Source: Dicyema japonicum (taxonomy: Eukaryota; Animalia; Dicyemida). Taken from it: a stretch of 43,321 nt of DNA. The notes beneath the pieces were generated by a model. The model had not been told where the DNA came from. It made no database searches and was given only the letters and a program-made list of their open reading frames with translations. Both the position numbers and the translations under genes were made by a program. The stretch is from NCBI GenBank assembly GCA_011109175.1, contig RDEW01000132.1, positions 7,359-50,679 of the forward strand, in the 5' to 3' direction. This document shows positions 12,121 through 25,400 of this stretch, one piece after another. How positions within the stretch are numbered: position 1 is the first letter of the stretch; each line of letters starts with the position of its first letter.

Positions 12121-14274
12121 AAGTATTTTTTATTTCAGATTTGAAAAAATACGATTCAGGGGATATTCCTCCATCAGATGGTTGGTTGAAAAGACATTTC
12201 GCATCCATGAAATGGGTTTATAATTTGGTTTCGCTTTCCAAATCAATGTTTCCAAGACGATTATATTTGGCACATGGTTCTATTTGTTCAGATCATATAA
12301 ACCATTGGATAATACATGATATCCTCTAGAGATGTCCTTAAATTCAGCTGCTTCTCTGCGGATTTTTATCGAGATCACACTATACTGGCTCTGATGGTAT
12401 CTATTTAAAGTAATGCAAAAATTATGCTTTCTTAATTTCAACTATTGTGGCATCGTTTTTTAATCCCAATATTTTATGTCACCTTCCTTCGAGGAATTTA
12501 ACCAATTGTTTCGATTTTTTATTGGACTTGAAAAAATATACATTAAATTTATTGCTTTTTATGATTTTCAAAACTATTATTATTTAATAAATAAATTCTT
12601 TTAAATTTGTAATAAATAAAAATTTAGTCAAAATTCAACTGTGATTGAGTCGAAATGTAGTTTCTTGATAAGATATTTCTTGTTTTTTGTTCATGATCTT
12701 ATGGCAAAAATGGTTTTAAAACATTTGACTAAATATAGAACAAACCAAAATTTTGGCTTTAAGATGGCAACACTCCCCCTATGCGACTTTCGGCCGCGGA
12801 GTTTGATACTGAGTCATTAAAAATATAGAAAAATTCCTAACCAAAATTTTCTTCATACCATATCCCTATCGTCAATAAAATAGTCACACTAACCCTATGC
12901 AGCTTACGGTCACTGCCTGTGTAATCGAGCGCGTCCGAACTGGATCAATTGTTCATGACAGTTACATTTATAATAGTTTACATTCCATTCGTAACCTAAT
13001 TAAAAAATTTAAGAAAATATCATACCGGCAATTTAATGTCAATATTTAATTATTATTTTAATTTAATGTCACCAATGCCTTTTGAAGCCTTGATATGAAC
13101 CATGGAACGCGCCATAGTGACTGCGAAGGTGCAGTCACTCGACCGATACGTGCCTGTGTGGGGTCGAGGGAGGAGCATCGGACCAAGATGGGGTCCCTGC
13201 TAGAGCGTGCAAAATCATGTGATTAATTAGTTTTTGTAACCGTGGTCTCTGGTGTTATTATTATTATTAAACCATCCATAGGAGTTCTCCCTAGACGGCA
13301 CTTTATTCAAGTCCAAGTATATGAAGACTGCTGAGATAGGCCGAGATCACCTGAATTTTTCATTCTGTCTATGACGCTGATTTTCTGATTTAATAAATTT
13401 AATTTTAAAAAAAACTTAAGTATATTTCCTGGTTTTCTACTCTCACATTCAACTCCAGGGGTCTTGACTTGTCAAATAGGCACCAACTATGTCTGGACCT
13501 TGAACTGTATCGATTTTCTGGATACCTTTGACTTGTTCATGTGCAACCTTCAATTCCAACATTCCGCAGGACATAAAACAACGTGGGAAAGGTTCCCGAC
13601 TTTCGAACACCGAAAATCCGATAAAGATTTATAATCGAATATATTACCAGGGATCGAATATAATGCGTGTAAAGAGTGAAGGCATTGTACAAAAGATGCT
13701 TCTCTGGACCCCTGAACATGAAGATGAGGTGGAAACTGTTTGGTCAAATTCTAAGAATGAAATGAGATACGCCAGCAAACAAATTCTTTGAAACGTGGAA
13801 AAAGTCATAGGGCGTCTACGTATAACGCTTCCCTAAGTTCTTAGCGGAGATTCGAGACCAGTAAACAGATCACTAGGGAACGGGGAAGACCTTAGTAGTC
13901 TGCGGAGTTTGGCACTAAATATGATTCTATGTTGTTGCTTATAATAATTAATTTAATTTTAATTTATTAACCCCGGATACACAGAGAAAGAAGTTAAAGT
14001 AAAAAACTAGTTAAGTGTATCCAGTTTCCAATTTCACAAAAACAGAGTCTATCCGAAATCAGCATAAAGAAAAAACGTCCATACTTGCAGTTGTAGAAAC
14101 CTCTTCAGTGGATGATTCTTTTTCGTGATAGCCAGGCACTGGGCGCCACCTAGACAGGATCACATGGCGCCACTCTAATAAAAAGAGAAAGAGGAGGAAC
14201 AGATAAACAAGCAGAAAACATCATCCAATTATCCACGCAGCACCACGCGGCAAAACCTATAATAATAAAAATTT

Positions 14275-14500
14275 GCTTATAAAGTTAACGAACTTGAGAT
14301 TATTCATCACGCAAAGGTGAAAATAATCCTTGTGGTCATCACTTGGGATGGAATTGTCCCCAAATTCTTCAAAGGCCACCTGGATGCCTTCAAGGTAAGG
14401 AATGGGTCAAAGCTTACATACAGACGTTAGTGTTACGGAAGACTTTGGAGAGTATGCAAGCTGAGGAGAGGCATGGAGTACCGATGCCTGTTGATGAGGA
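14275..14500 (+). mobile_element. 3-prime fragment of an RLE-type (R4/Dong-like) non-LTR retrotransposon; duplicated at about 40530-40760
   Basis: YKVNELEIIHHAKVKIILVVITWDGIVPKFFKGHL...(frameshift)WVKAYIQTLVLRKTLESM resembles the tail after the restriction-like endonuclease of RLE elements (from recall). Confidence 0.55.
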
Positions 14501-14859
14501 AGACGGCATGGAATGTCAACCTAAGGTAGTCTCTGAATGTGGGGAATACAGCGACGTAACACGCCTATAAAGGCAATAGAGATTAGCCCCAAGAATAGAA
14601 GATTGAGTTAGACGGGTGTTATAAAATAATTACTTATACTTATTGTTTGATTAATATTAAAATAGTAAGTTAGACGTATAACTTGTTGATTATTTTTATG
14701 TATTTATTTTAATAAATCTGCTTAGTTTTTATTAAATTTATAAATCTATTGTTTAATTCAATTTTTCGGGCCGCGTTTTGTCTTGTGTGGCTAATTGGTT
14801 GAAAATTCATCTTCCTTGCTCTGTTGGCGTCATTGGATCCACCTTATTTAGGTGACGCC

Positions 14860-15130
14860 CAATGTCCGGCCGGCATTCAAAAGGATCCAACTATTCATTC
14901 CACGTGATACAATTTCGTTCCTCGGCAACGAGTTTTGGAATCGAGCACAGCTCTACGGACGAAGTCTATTGAATCACTGTTCTTGTTGAAGGTCTTGCTG
15001 GAACGCGTCAGGATCAAGGAATTTGTTAATTTGATTAACCGTCTGTCTCTGGAACAATTTATTATTATACCGTGGTCCCACTAGAAAAACGTTTTAAAAA
15101 CAAGGTTGATTTTTTAAACTTTACTATGAA
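14860..15130 (-). mobile_element. Possible CR1/L2-like LINE endonuclease end and linker remnant; duplicated at about 41110-41370
   Basis: DHGIIINC (SDH-type motif) followed, after a frameshift, by NKFLDPDAFQQDL. Confidence 0.3.
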
Positions 15131-16499
15131 GATCAAACCCAGTCAAAAAGGACACATAAAATTACGAAACGATGGACTTCTGGAAAGGTCCCCTCTCCAA
15201 GACATTTGGATTTCCTAATCTGCATGAACCGAGGACCGGGTCCGTGCGACTACGAGCATACAGTTATACGGCCGATACGTATTGTGTGCTCGCGGGACGA
15301 ACATTCGCCAAATTGAGGTCTCTGTTGGAGTTTTCCGGGATCACATGAGTGGTTAGTTTGATGTTACCTTGGCCTGACAGGTTAAAAGCTAGGCAATATT
15401 TGACTTTATGTTAAATTTAACTGGAAGATGCTTTTACATGACGTCATGGAAAAGATCAATCTGATAGCATGGATCTTAAGCGGATGTCTGACGAATAATC
15501 TACGAGTTCAACGAACGAAACGAACTTAAAATATTGTACTTGCTCGGACATTGGAGTTGCAGATTCATTCGCTAATAAAGTCAGTTTCATAATATTTTTA
15601 ATAAGAAAAATCGACAAAAATATAAATTTTATTTATTCGTATATAATTTTTATTTATTTAATTTTTTTTAAAAAACTAAAATCAACATTCTCAGCGGCTG
15701 AACAGGTTTTTGTGGCGAAGGTATCAGGTGACGTTTTATAGTCATCCCGGCTTTAAAGAAAAGATAGACTTATTTTTTAAATTGTTTAAACTTACATGTT
15801 TAATGTACTCGCCCTGATTTTTGTGAATTAATTTTATTCAAACAAAAAAATTAGTATTAAATCAGTCTCTTGCTCCCAAGAGACACTGTTCATTGCCACG
15901 AATAACAACAGTATTCAGCTCATGTGAATCCCATCTCTATTCGCGGAATTTCCCAGCGCGCCACACGAATTCCCGATTTTTTTGATCAACATTCTTCCAA
16001 CCGCCACAGACATCAAAAACGATCGGAAGAAAAGAAAACAATCCAAAGGACTGAAGTGATGCTACGGGTAATCGGTGATCCTGTGATGAAGTTGATTGAT
16101 TACTTAAGCGTGATAATTATATTCTGTTAGATGCGTTTGAAAATCTATAAAGTTTCAATTTTCCAATTTTATGTTTTTGTTAGTTGATTTGTTTACCCCC
16201 AGTCCTTCATGTCAGACTGTTTTGAGGGAAGCTTTTATACTTTTTTAAAGAGAATCCCGAAATTATGCTGGTGGAAAAAAATAATGCCAAAATATGAGAG
16301 AAAATTTGACTAACATCGACAACGTGGGAACTTCAAAGTATAGGAGATGTAATAATATTTTCTAATGGGACTAAAAACGAGTAAAAAGAAAAAGAACAAG
16401 AATTCAAGAACACTTTCAATGTCTTGGATTAGTTAGCATGACTGTTCTTACTTCTTGAACGAAGTGTGATTTCTGCCTATGTTGAGGTTTACTAAAAAA

Positions 16500-16785
16500 A
16501 CTGCACTTTTACGGCAGAGCCATATTAGCTAGCTCCTAACAGCATGAAACACACTTTTTTAAGTTAAGAACAATTATTATAACTAATCGATGAGGGAAAA
16601 CCAAGGAATGCTCTTCACTTATTTTTTTCTTTTTGTGGGTGTATTCCTTTATAACCATCCGGTTCTGTAGTGAAATGTTCACTGATGACAACGTCACTCG
16701 GCAAGCCAAAGCAGTGAACCTAAGACCGAAAGTAGTGCGTTTCGAACTAGAACCTTCAGGCCTCTTGCCCTGCACTCGTTTGCTG
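16500..16785 (-). mobile_element. tRNA-derived SINE, copy B
   Basis: The reverse complement shares GAGTGACG..GTCATCAGTG..CACT..GAAC.GGAT, AAGTGAAGA.CATTCCTTGGTT and the terminal ATGGCTCT with copy A. Confidence 0.75.
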
Positions 16786-16929
16786 AGAAATAAAGATCAT
16801 ATAATCAATATTTAAGCTTAGTAATGATTTTTGACTTGATTTGTAATAAACCTACATTTTTAACTTTTATTATTAGAAACGGAATATCGAATCAAATAAA
16901 CTATAATTTCTATACATGCCCCCTTTTAT

Positions 16930-18900
16930 GATCCTGTTAATTAATATTCTCCATCATCGAAGTCAGACTCTCAAATCATCAAGGTCTTCGTTGGTCCTCA
17001 ATGCTATCTTTGAAGGCCTCTGATCTCCATTGAGAATTTCAGACCTCATACGCTCATGTCTATGGAATCTTTCTGAGTTTTATATTCATTCTAAAAATCT
17101 TTGGATGACTCAAAAAAATTGAGTTATCTCTGGTATTTTTGAGGTATTTGGTCGTGAATTTGTAGAAAGGTTGTTCAGCAAAGTAGCTGCCCTCGCCAAC
17201 TAACGTTCTCGTCCAATCACAACTGTTCCAGAGGATTGCCACAAAGTTGAGACTAATGACTTTTTATGTAGCTTCCAGAAATGCGGCAAGTTTTAATAAC
17301 ATCTATAAAGAGATATAGAAGCTAGAAACATGGATTCGGGAGTTAAAAAATAGGATTCATTCGATAATTTGGAAAAAATTTTCTGCATATCACTCAGTCG
17401 TTCAAATTTTACGAGTTTCGGCTCAATTTGACGAAAAACGTGAGAATAAGGTAAAGACAACCGATTACTTTTGTAAAATTAATTTTTAATATTTATTGTT
17501 TGTCTGAGATTATAAAATACAGACAACGTTGTTCTATTGACACCTTTGGTTTTAGAAGCACTTGACGGCCTAATGAAAGGTCGGAAAGAACTGGGAACGT
17601 AAACATGGCCCTCGTCCTATAACCACTGCCAGGAAAACTAATAAATAGTTGCTGAAAATGTTTATCTGTTGGCTACATTTTTAGGCAGTTTTTTCCACGA
17701 GTAGGTAACCTATGTGAAAACCAATGGGATCAGCCTTCTGAGAACATAACTGACTTCTGTAGCTAACAAAGCCAAAATTTTTCTTTTATCAAAAATTACT
17801 TCACGGTTCGTTTATTAGTGGCTACTACTAGCGTCAAGCTTTCGATCAAGATCTTGGAGTCGATCATATATGGCGACGTTAAAAATAATTCTCAATTCAA
17901 AGTCCTTCTCAGATACCTTGAAAATTCCCCAAAATATGAGGTGAAACCATGCTCGATATGAAGAGCATTAAAGGAGGTTGTTTTTCTTGATTACTTATCT
18001 AGCTGAGGGCATTCCAAATAATAACCGGTAAGGACTAAAGGAGAAAATACCAAGGGCTTTTCCACCGGTTTGGCATAAAAAATCGATTTAATATGATGGA
18101 CAAAAAACGAGTATTTTATGGCCTCTATTCTCATTAATACTTGTAGTCGTATATACTGTCGTAACGCTAATGTCGATAACGTAGATTATTGAGTAAGAAA
18201 AGGCGCATGCATTCCCTCACGGAGAAATTGAAATAGCATGCATTCACTCTTAAACACGACTGATTCTAAACCTCTTTTAAGTTTATATATGTTAAGGTAT
18301 AGCCTCTCTTCGTCTGCGAATCTCATATACAATCGTACCACAGAGAATACGACGAATCTCAACATCGATATCCTCTTACTCATATGGTTCGATGTTGATC
18401 AGTCATGGGTGATACAGTAGCCGTCCTGACTGCGATGCTATTCCCTTTCAGGAAGACGAGCGAAGTTCGCTCAAATAATCAGCAGCACTCACGTAAATCT
18501 CACGTGCGTGTAGAAAATCCAATTTCCTAGACGACCCAAAAATTCCACCGTTGAAGGAGTTACGACAATATCTTGCCTATTCACTTTGAACACTAAATCC
18601 CTCAGGCGAATGTCTCACTATATGTTCATACTTTGTTAAGGTTTCTTTCTTTACACTATTCATTATCTTCAATTGTTTTGTTAGAATGACGTCATCCACA
18701 TGTCTCACCTGTCAGAGGCGACACCTACTACAGGAAACACGAGAAGAGATCATTTGTTTTCTCTCACTTAATTAGATGTGGTCCATGTGAGATAAAGCGT
18801 CACATCCGTACTTTTCAACAAAGAGCTAAGGTTTACCAAGGTGGGCGAAACCTATTTGAGAGCATCAATTACTGAGGAATAAAGATTTCGATTCATGCGC
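16930..18900 (-). mobile_element. Decayed Ty3/gypsy LTR-retrotransposon pol (RT-RNaseH-integrase order)
   Basis: Minus strand: HVDDVIL...FKVN...VEFLG (RT, about 18540-18700), GHVYVPSSFRPFI...KGVNRT (integrase N-terminus, about 17540-17620) and RTLVGEGSYF (core, about 17190). Many stops and frameshifts. Confidence 0.6.
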
Positions 18901-20959
18901 TTTTCTTAGGTATGGTTGGTGTATAATAAACCTAACGTTGAGGAGAAAGAGCTCTTTTATTGTCGATTGGCACATCTATGAAGTTTGTTTTAATTTTAGT
19001 TATACCAATAACATCTCTCTATTTTTAATAAAAATCTATATGTAAGGTATAGCGGATAGTAGTAGCAAATAAAATGGAATCAGGCCAGAGGAGATCGCCG
19101 TGGAACCAATTAAGAAATAAGCTATAAAGAAAATCCTCCAGCCATTGTTTTATGTTTGGATGTACATTCGACATGGAGATCTTAATAGGCCTCGAAACAG
19201 AGTCGAAGGGCTATATTGTATGTTGATTAACACCACCAAGGGTCCAGGTGTTTAAGGTTAGTAAAGTTGTCGTTAAAGACCCTGCTTGATTTTATGTTGA
19301 AAAAAACCATAGACAGATAATATCGAGAATTTTGCAGGTGAGGCATATGGGTTAGTAAGAGAATAGAGGAATCCTATTGGAACCCAGGATCGGTCTTATA
19401 TCAAACAACTTTATATAAAAAATAATAAATTATTCCAATAAAAAAGCAAAAAATTTATAAACTTCAGAAACTATCAGACTCATTATTTTGTTTGACGTCG
19501 GTGACGAACATGCCATTGGCAACAAGTAAAGACTCGTCTCTATCATTAAATTCACTAATCGTGGGGTCGATATTTTTAGATTCGTTGTTCAACTCTTTGA
19601 GAGGTTTATCCAATATAATAGATTCCTCTTCATAATTGTCCCAAGAAAATAGTTAAAAGTGATACCAAGTATGATTGTCATTACTACTTTCTTTTAAATT
19701 GTCACTATCTCTCATCATAGACATATCCTTAATATGGTAGTCGGTATTTTCGATACTTTTCGGTTTAAAATAATATAGTTTGCAAACTTTTTGGGATTTT
19801 GTTTTGATTTTTCCTAAAAATCAACGATTTATCAATTTACATTTTTAGTTTTATGACTTCAACAATTCTCATCCATTTCACAATTCGATAATGAATTGCA
19901 CAATTCTACTAGTTATAAGATGAAAAAAATTATTATATTTTAATTAATTATGGCGGCATATGAAAAATATACAGATCGACCATAAAGAAGTGTAAAAAAA
20001 TAAATAAATATTAAATATTTTCCATCTAAAATAAAAATAAAATGTACTGTGATATAATGTCCTTACATAATAAAGAGTCCACATCTACTGATCACTTTAG
20101 AATGATGCACCAAAGATAACTTCAATTGAAGACAAGTGTTTGATGAAAAGCTCTATGTTTACAATCTCTACCACAGCTGGACTTCAATTATCAACAAACA
20201 ACATAAAGTCTGTCGTTTATTTTTTTAAAATTTATGAGGCTGTTTGATTGCGTGATTTTCAGTAATTTTTTGATGTCTTTTTTTTGGAAACCCCAATGTG
20301 TGGGTTTGAACGATTTCGTAGTATAAAGTAGTAGAGAAAATCTTTAGTGACTTCAGTATTGTCTCATCACGAGGTATTAACATTNTATTGGAACCCAGGA
20401 TCGGTCTTATATCAAACAACTTTATATAAAAAATAATAAATTATTCCAATAAAAAAGCAAAAAATTTATAAACTTCAGAAACTATCAGACTCATTATTTT
20501 GTTTGACGTCGGTGACGAACATGCCATTGGCAACAAGTAAAGACTCGTCTCTATCATTAAATTCACTAATCGTGGGGTCGATATTTTTAGATTGTTAAAA
20601 TATCGTGGCGAAACAAATTAAATAGAATTAGGACATAGGAGAACTCCATGAGACCCAATTAAGAAGTAAGCTAGAAAGAAAATCATACAGCTATAGGTTT
20701 ATGTTTGGATGCTATAGGTTTATATTTTTTTATCCAGGAAAAGTCATCAAAAAACTAGAGAAAAAGAGAAACCGAAATAAGGTTGATTTTACAACTACTT
20801 CTGTAGATAGTAAAGGAAGTATAAATCTTCAGAACTCTGGACCATCCAAACATTGTAAAGTTTGTCGACTTTTGAGGACCATCTAAAACCTTATCATATT
20901 ATTGAAATCTCGAGCATAGAGTAGTATTACATCATTTTCAGTCATTGTTGAAAGATTTT

Positions 20960-21680
20960 TTGTTAATGGGAACTACCTTGAAAGCACTGGAGATGCGAGA
21001 AGACTTGCATGCCTCAAAACGACTAGCTGCCATTCAGCAAATTCCTTACAGAACGCTTATCCTTGTGCCAAAATTGATAACCTGCATATTGTTGAGGCAG
21101 TGAGAATTGTCTAGTCTTAAAATGTGTGCGGAACGAAAATGTCGTTATGGCCGTTTGATATATTCATATGGTTATATTCTTCCACTGTAGAGCAAGTTGA
21201 GTGGTGGCCATTTCCAAAAGCAAGCCTGAATCAACGTGATGTTGAAAACACACTTTCATCTGTTGGCTACCACTGCAGTTTGAGACGACAGATCTCACCC
21301 AAGAAGATGGAAAACGCCCCGACGGGATGACAACATTCCCTTTTACTAATGGTCGGGTTTGGGAAGCTATGTATATTGATAAATACTCTCAGAAAAATTT
21401 GGCCGCTTCAGTCTCGTATAACAAGTCATACTTCTTAGCAAACCGACGATCGGAAGAGAAAGAAGTACCGAAGCATTACGAGGATTATTTGTTTGTCCTA
21501 TTTGCTGCGGATAATTCATGAATCCTTACTCCAAAAGCGGACGATCTAGTCAGTCGGAGCGGCTCAATGATCCAAGGGGTCAACAAAGATCAACGTGAGA
21601 CTAGATGATTTCGAAAGCTTATCCCGATTGGCATTTAGAGAAAACAGCATAGGTATTCAAGATCCTTTATTAAATGCTTT
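20960..21680 (+). mobile_element. Decayed CRE-like RLE non-LTR retrotransposon 3-prime fragment
   Basis: Homologous to 26850-27500: GKRPDGMTTFPFTNGR, DKYSQKNLAAS, YLFVLFA; disrupted by stops. Confidence 0.75.
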
Positions 21681-21849
21681 TTTGACAATTTTTTAAATAA
21701 AATTGGTTATTTATTGTAAAAACAAAATAAAATAAGCAAAATAGCCATACCCCTGCCGTCCTGATTGCGTGGGTATTCCCCCTCAGGGTAGCGAGCGAGA
21801 ATTGCTCAAATAACAATCTGTACTCACAGGGGTTTCTTGTTCGTACATA

Positions 21850-22150
21850 TATCTGATTCCTTAGACGACCTGTTTTGTTATTATTTTTTCTGGGTGTTTT
21901 TGAGGACCAAATTGTTAGGATTTAACCCATTTGCCCAAACTTTTTTGTGGTACGCAGTTGCACATGTGTTGGGCCTTCAGGACTGGGATAGTTGTCAGGA
22001 CCATAGGTCTCTCAGGGACCAAAAAATATGACTTTAAGATTTTGCATTTATTGATAACGCATTGGCAACAATCCGAATGTTGTTTGAAGCTACGGTGTCT
22101 ATTTACGAGACGTACGAGAATCGACTTCCTATCAGAAACAGAAAGATGGT
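21850..22150 (-). mobile_element. Possible gypsy integrase zinc-binding remnant
   Basis: KILKSYFW..RD followed by Cys-containing segment, loosely matching the HHCC region. Confidence 0.25.
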
Positions 22151-22422
22151 CATTTCCAATTAAACGTTTTCCGTATCGTCTACAGTAACGAAGGGAAATA
22201 AATCTCCACCAAAGCTCGTTTTGTAAAATATTTAAAAAAATTGTTTAATGTTGATATTTATACTTGCCTCCGCCCAAAAAATGTAAAATTAAATCAAAGA
22301 GATAGCTGACTGCCATTATCAACCTTAAAAAGTTATTTCTTAAGATTCCTAGCTATTCCACTTAATAAGCTATAAGAACATTTTCAAAGAAATTAGGAAA
22401 ATGATACAATACTAAACAATTG

Positions 22423-25400
22423 TTAATTAGTTTTCTTAACACAAAATCTACCGAGTATTCCAGATTTCGACTTTTTTTCAGAATTCATTTCTGACTTATT
22501 TTCAGTATTCTTTTCAGACTTTTTTTCAGAATTTTTTTCAATAATAGGAGAGAACTATCAATCAACTATTTATGAACAATACAGCAGATCCGATTATACT
22601 CTTCATGCGAGAAATACGCTTTAAAACCGATGAATGGTACGAAAAAAGTGAAGTTGTCTCAATTCGATCTGAATAATTGATAGAAGCCTAAAAATTATCC
22701 AGTTAATACCTTCGCAATATTCATATTCATGTTACTTTCTGAAGTTGTTTTAAACTTATTAAAACCCGAATTACCAAATGATAACATCCGAGTCAAACTA
22801 TGCCTCAATCTAAATAAATTCAACAAAAACAAAAACCTTGACGATACTGACCGAATGACATTTGATGGAAGATTATCAATACCACAGTGAAAAATTAGCG
22901 AATTCTACATATAAAAAAAAACTTACGTTGCTGCAGGAGGTGGAATTACTGATATGATTTGCCAAATCGTCAATAACCTTCTTTTTAACTTTGCAATCAC
23001 TTATTTCTTCTCTAATAAGAGAGAATGCACAAATAAGCTCACTCATGAAATTAACCGAATGCCAACCCAATGCAAATATATAATCTGAATATAAAAAAGA
23101 AAAAAAACCGTCGTCATTTAAAAAAATGATGCGACGTATAAACGAATGAGGCAGCATTGCGATGTGTTTATATGGTTTTGTCTGTTTATATCCAGGAATG
23201 TTAATTTTTTTTCTACATTTGCACAACTAATAGCAATATTTGAATATGAAACCTCAATATGGTCGTTGAATACACAAATGATCATTTCGTCTCCTTCTTT
23301 TACCAGCAGGTTGGATAACTCTGTCACTTTAATTTTCATCAACAATTTGCGACTGGACGATTGCAATGATCTCTTTGTTATTAAGATAATGAAAAACTGG
23401 ACATTTGGATATATCATTTGTAAGATCAAGCAAACATGCATGATTATCATTTTTTTCACAAAACCGTTCAATCTTTCTAAAAATAAATATACTATAAAAC
23501 AATAAAGAGTCTTGTAGCAAAGAAACTGTTTGAGTAAGAAATGAATAATCAGGAAACTTCTCTGGAGTGTACTTTAACATTTCTGGTCTAATAATAATAA
23601 TCNCTCTTTGTTATTAAGATAATGAAAAACTGGACATTTGGAGATATCATTTGTAAGATCAAGCACACATGCATGATTATCACTTTTTTCACAAAACCGT
23701 TCAATCTTTCTAAAAATAAATATACTATAAAACAATAAAGAATCTTGTAGCAAAGAAACTGTTTGAGTAAGAAATGAATAATCAGGAAACTTCTCTGGAG
23801 TGTACTTTAACATTTCTGGTCTAATAATAATAATCAGTAACCTTGCATGAGAAGTTTTGTCTGAGGAAGCCGTTGAATAGGTCTAATATAAAGATCAAGG
23901 AGTTTCTGTTTTGCACTCACTTCAAAAGACTCTTTAAGCTAAAAGTAACAAATAAATTTAAAAAAATGATAAAAAATAAAAACAGCAAAATAAGATTAAA
24001 AAGGATTAACGAAAAAACCTTAACAAATGCCATGAATTTTGGTTTTTCGAACATCAAGTTTTTAAATCGTTTAATTGCATCTTTGTAATTNNNNNNNNNN
24101 NNNNNNNNNNNNNNNNNNNNNNNNNNNNNNNNNNNNNNNNNNNNNNNNNNNNNNNNNNNNNNNNNNNNNNNNNNNNNNNNNNNNNNNNNNACATGCATGA
24201 TTATCACTTTTTTCACAAAACCGTTCAATCTTTCTAAAAATAAATATACTATAAAACAATAAAGAATCTTGTAGCAAAGAAACTGTTTGAGTAAGAAATG
24301 AATAATCAGGAAACTTCTCTGGAGTGTACTTTAACATTTCTGGTCTAATAATAATCAGTAACCTTGCATGAGAAGTTTTGTCTGAGGAAGCCGTTGAATA
24401 GGTCTAATATAAAGATCAAGGAGTTTCTGATTTGCACTCACTTCAAATGACTCTTTAAGCTAAAAGTAACAAATAAATTTAAAAAAATGATAAAAAATAA
24501 AAACAGCAAAATAAGATTAAAAAGGATTAACGAAAAAACCTTAACAAATGCCATGAATTTTGGTTTTTCGACCATCAAGTTTTTAAATCGTTTAATTGCA
24601 TCTTTGTAATTGTTCAGAAATCTCATGTAATATCGAGTAATTGGGTCAATCCTTTTAATATAAATTTCCCCAATTGATGCTTTATCGTTCCAATTAGCAG
24701 CAATTTCGGACATTTCTGATAAAATTGCTCTATGAATTTCATAAAGGTGATTTATAGTCCCAAAAATATAATTGATGTCAGAGATAGATATAAGTTTTTT
24801 CTTAGGATCATCGGCCAATTGGAAGAGCTCAGTGTAAATATTCTTAAATATAAAAATTCAAAGAAAACTTTTCCAATAAACTCCAGTACACTACAATAAT
24901 TTATTTCTGTATTGTAAAGCTCGTCAAATATACAAAGTCGCCTAGCATTGACTGCCGTTGAAGGCGTTTTCTTCTGGCCTTTCGAATAACTATTTGAAGA
25001 CATTCCTAAACATTTAACAATTGCATCTTTTAGCCTTAAATTCTAATATTTATACTTGAGTGTGTGGAAGACGGCGAAGGTACCTTATTTTTTTCCTCAA
25101 TAGAATTTTCGGAGAGAATAGATATGTTGACTGTACGCAACTGAGAGTTTGGCTTTTCTTCTACCAGTTCTGCCAGAGTAAATTGCTGTTTTTTGTCTGG
25201 AAGTTGAATATTCTACAATTTAAAAGAAATATACATTTAGACGAACCCCATAAGAGTTTACGTTCATGTATATGTTAAGTTGGATGCATTTCCAGAACCA
25301 CTGAAATCAAAAATTCAAGCAAACTTCCGAACTAACAACAACCACATTGAAATTTGAAATAATTGGGATTTCCGAATCATTGTAATTTTCGAAAACAACC

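Larger units (their letters stand above)
12348..16542 (+). repeat. Segmental duplication, copy 1 (direct repeat of 36906-43320)
   Basis: Collinear high similarity from CTGCTT(C/T)TCTGCGGATTTTTATCGAG to AGCTCCTAACAG. It lacks about 1.72 kb (38190-39912) and about 0.53 kb (approximately 42615-43145) that are present in copy 2. Confidence 0.95.

Noticed and set aside
13537-13719. ORF starting MFRGPEKHL, similar to the RPS4 N-terminus MARGPKKHL
   Set aside because: The similarity ends after nine residues and the ORF is antisense to the RTE-like LINE remnant, so it is coincidence.
19480-19780. Coding-like minus-strand stretch (KVCKLYYFKPK...SIILDKPLKELNNESK)
   Set aside because: No recognisable domain, no clean splice sites and no start context.
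23370-24610. Tandem duplication of ECT2 DH/PH exons
   Set aside because: The repeated blocks (23370-23600/23604-23834 and 23835-24090/24356-24610) abut a single n and a 100-N gap and differ by only a few SNPs. This fits two haplotypes tiled in tandem by the assembler.
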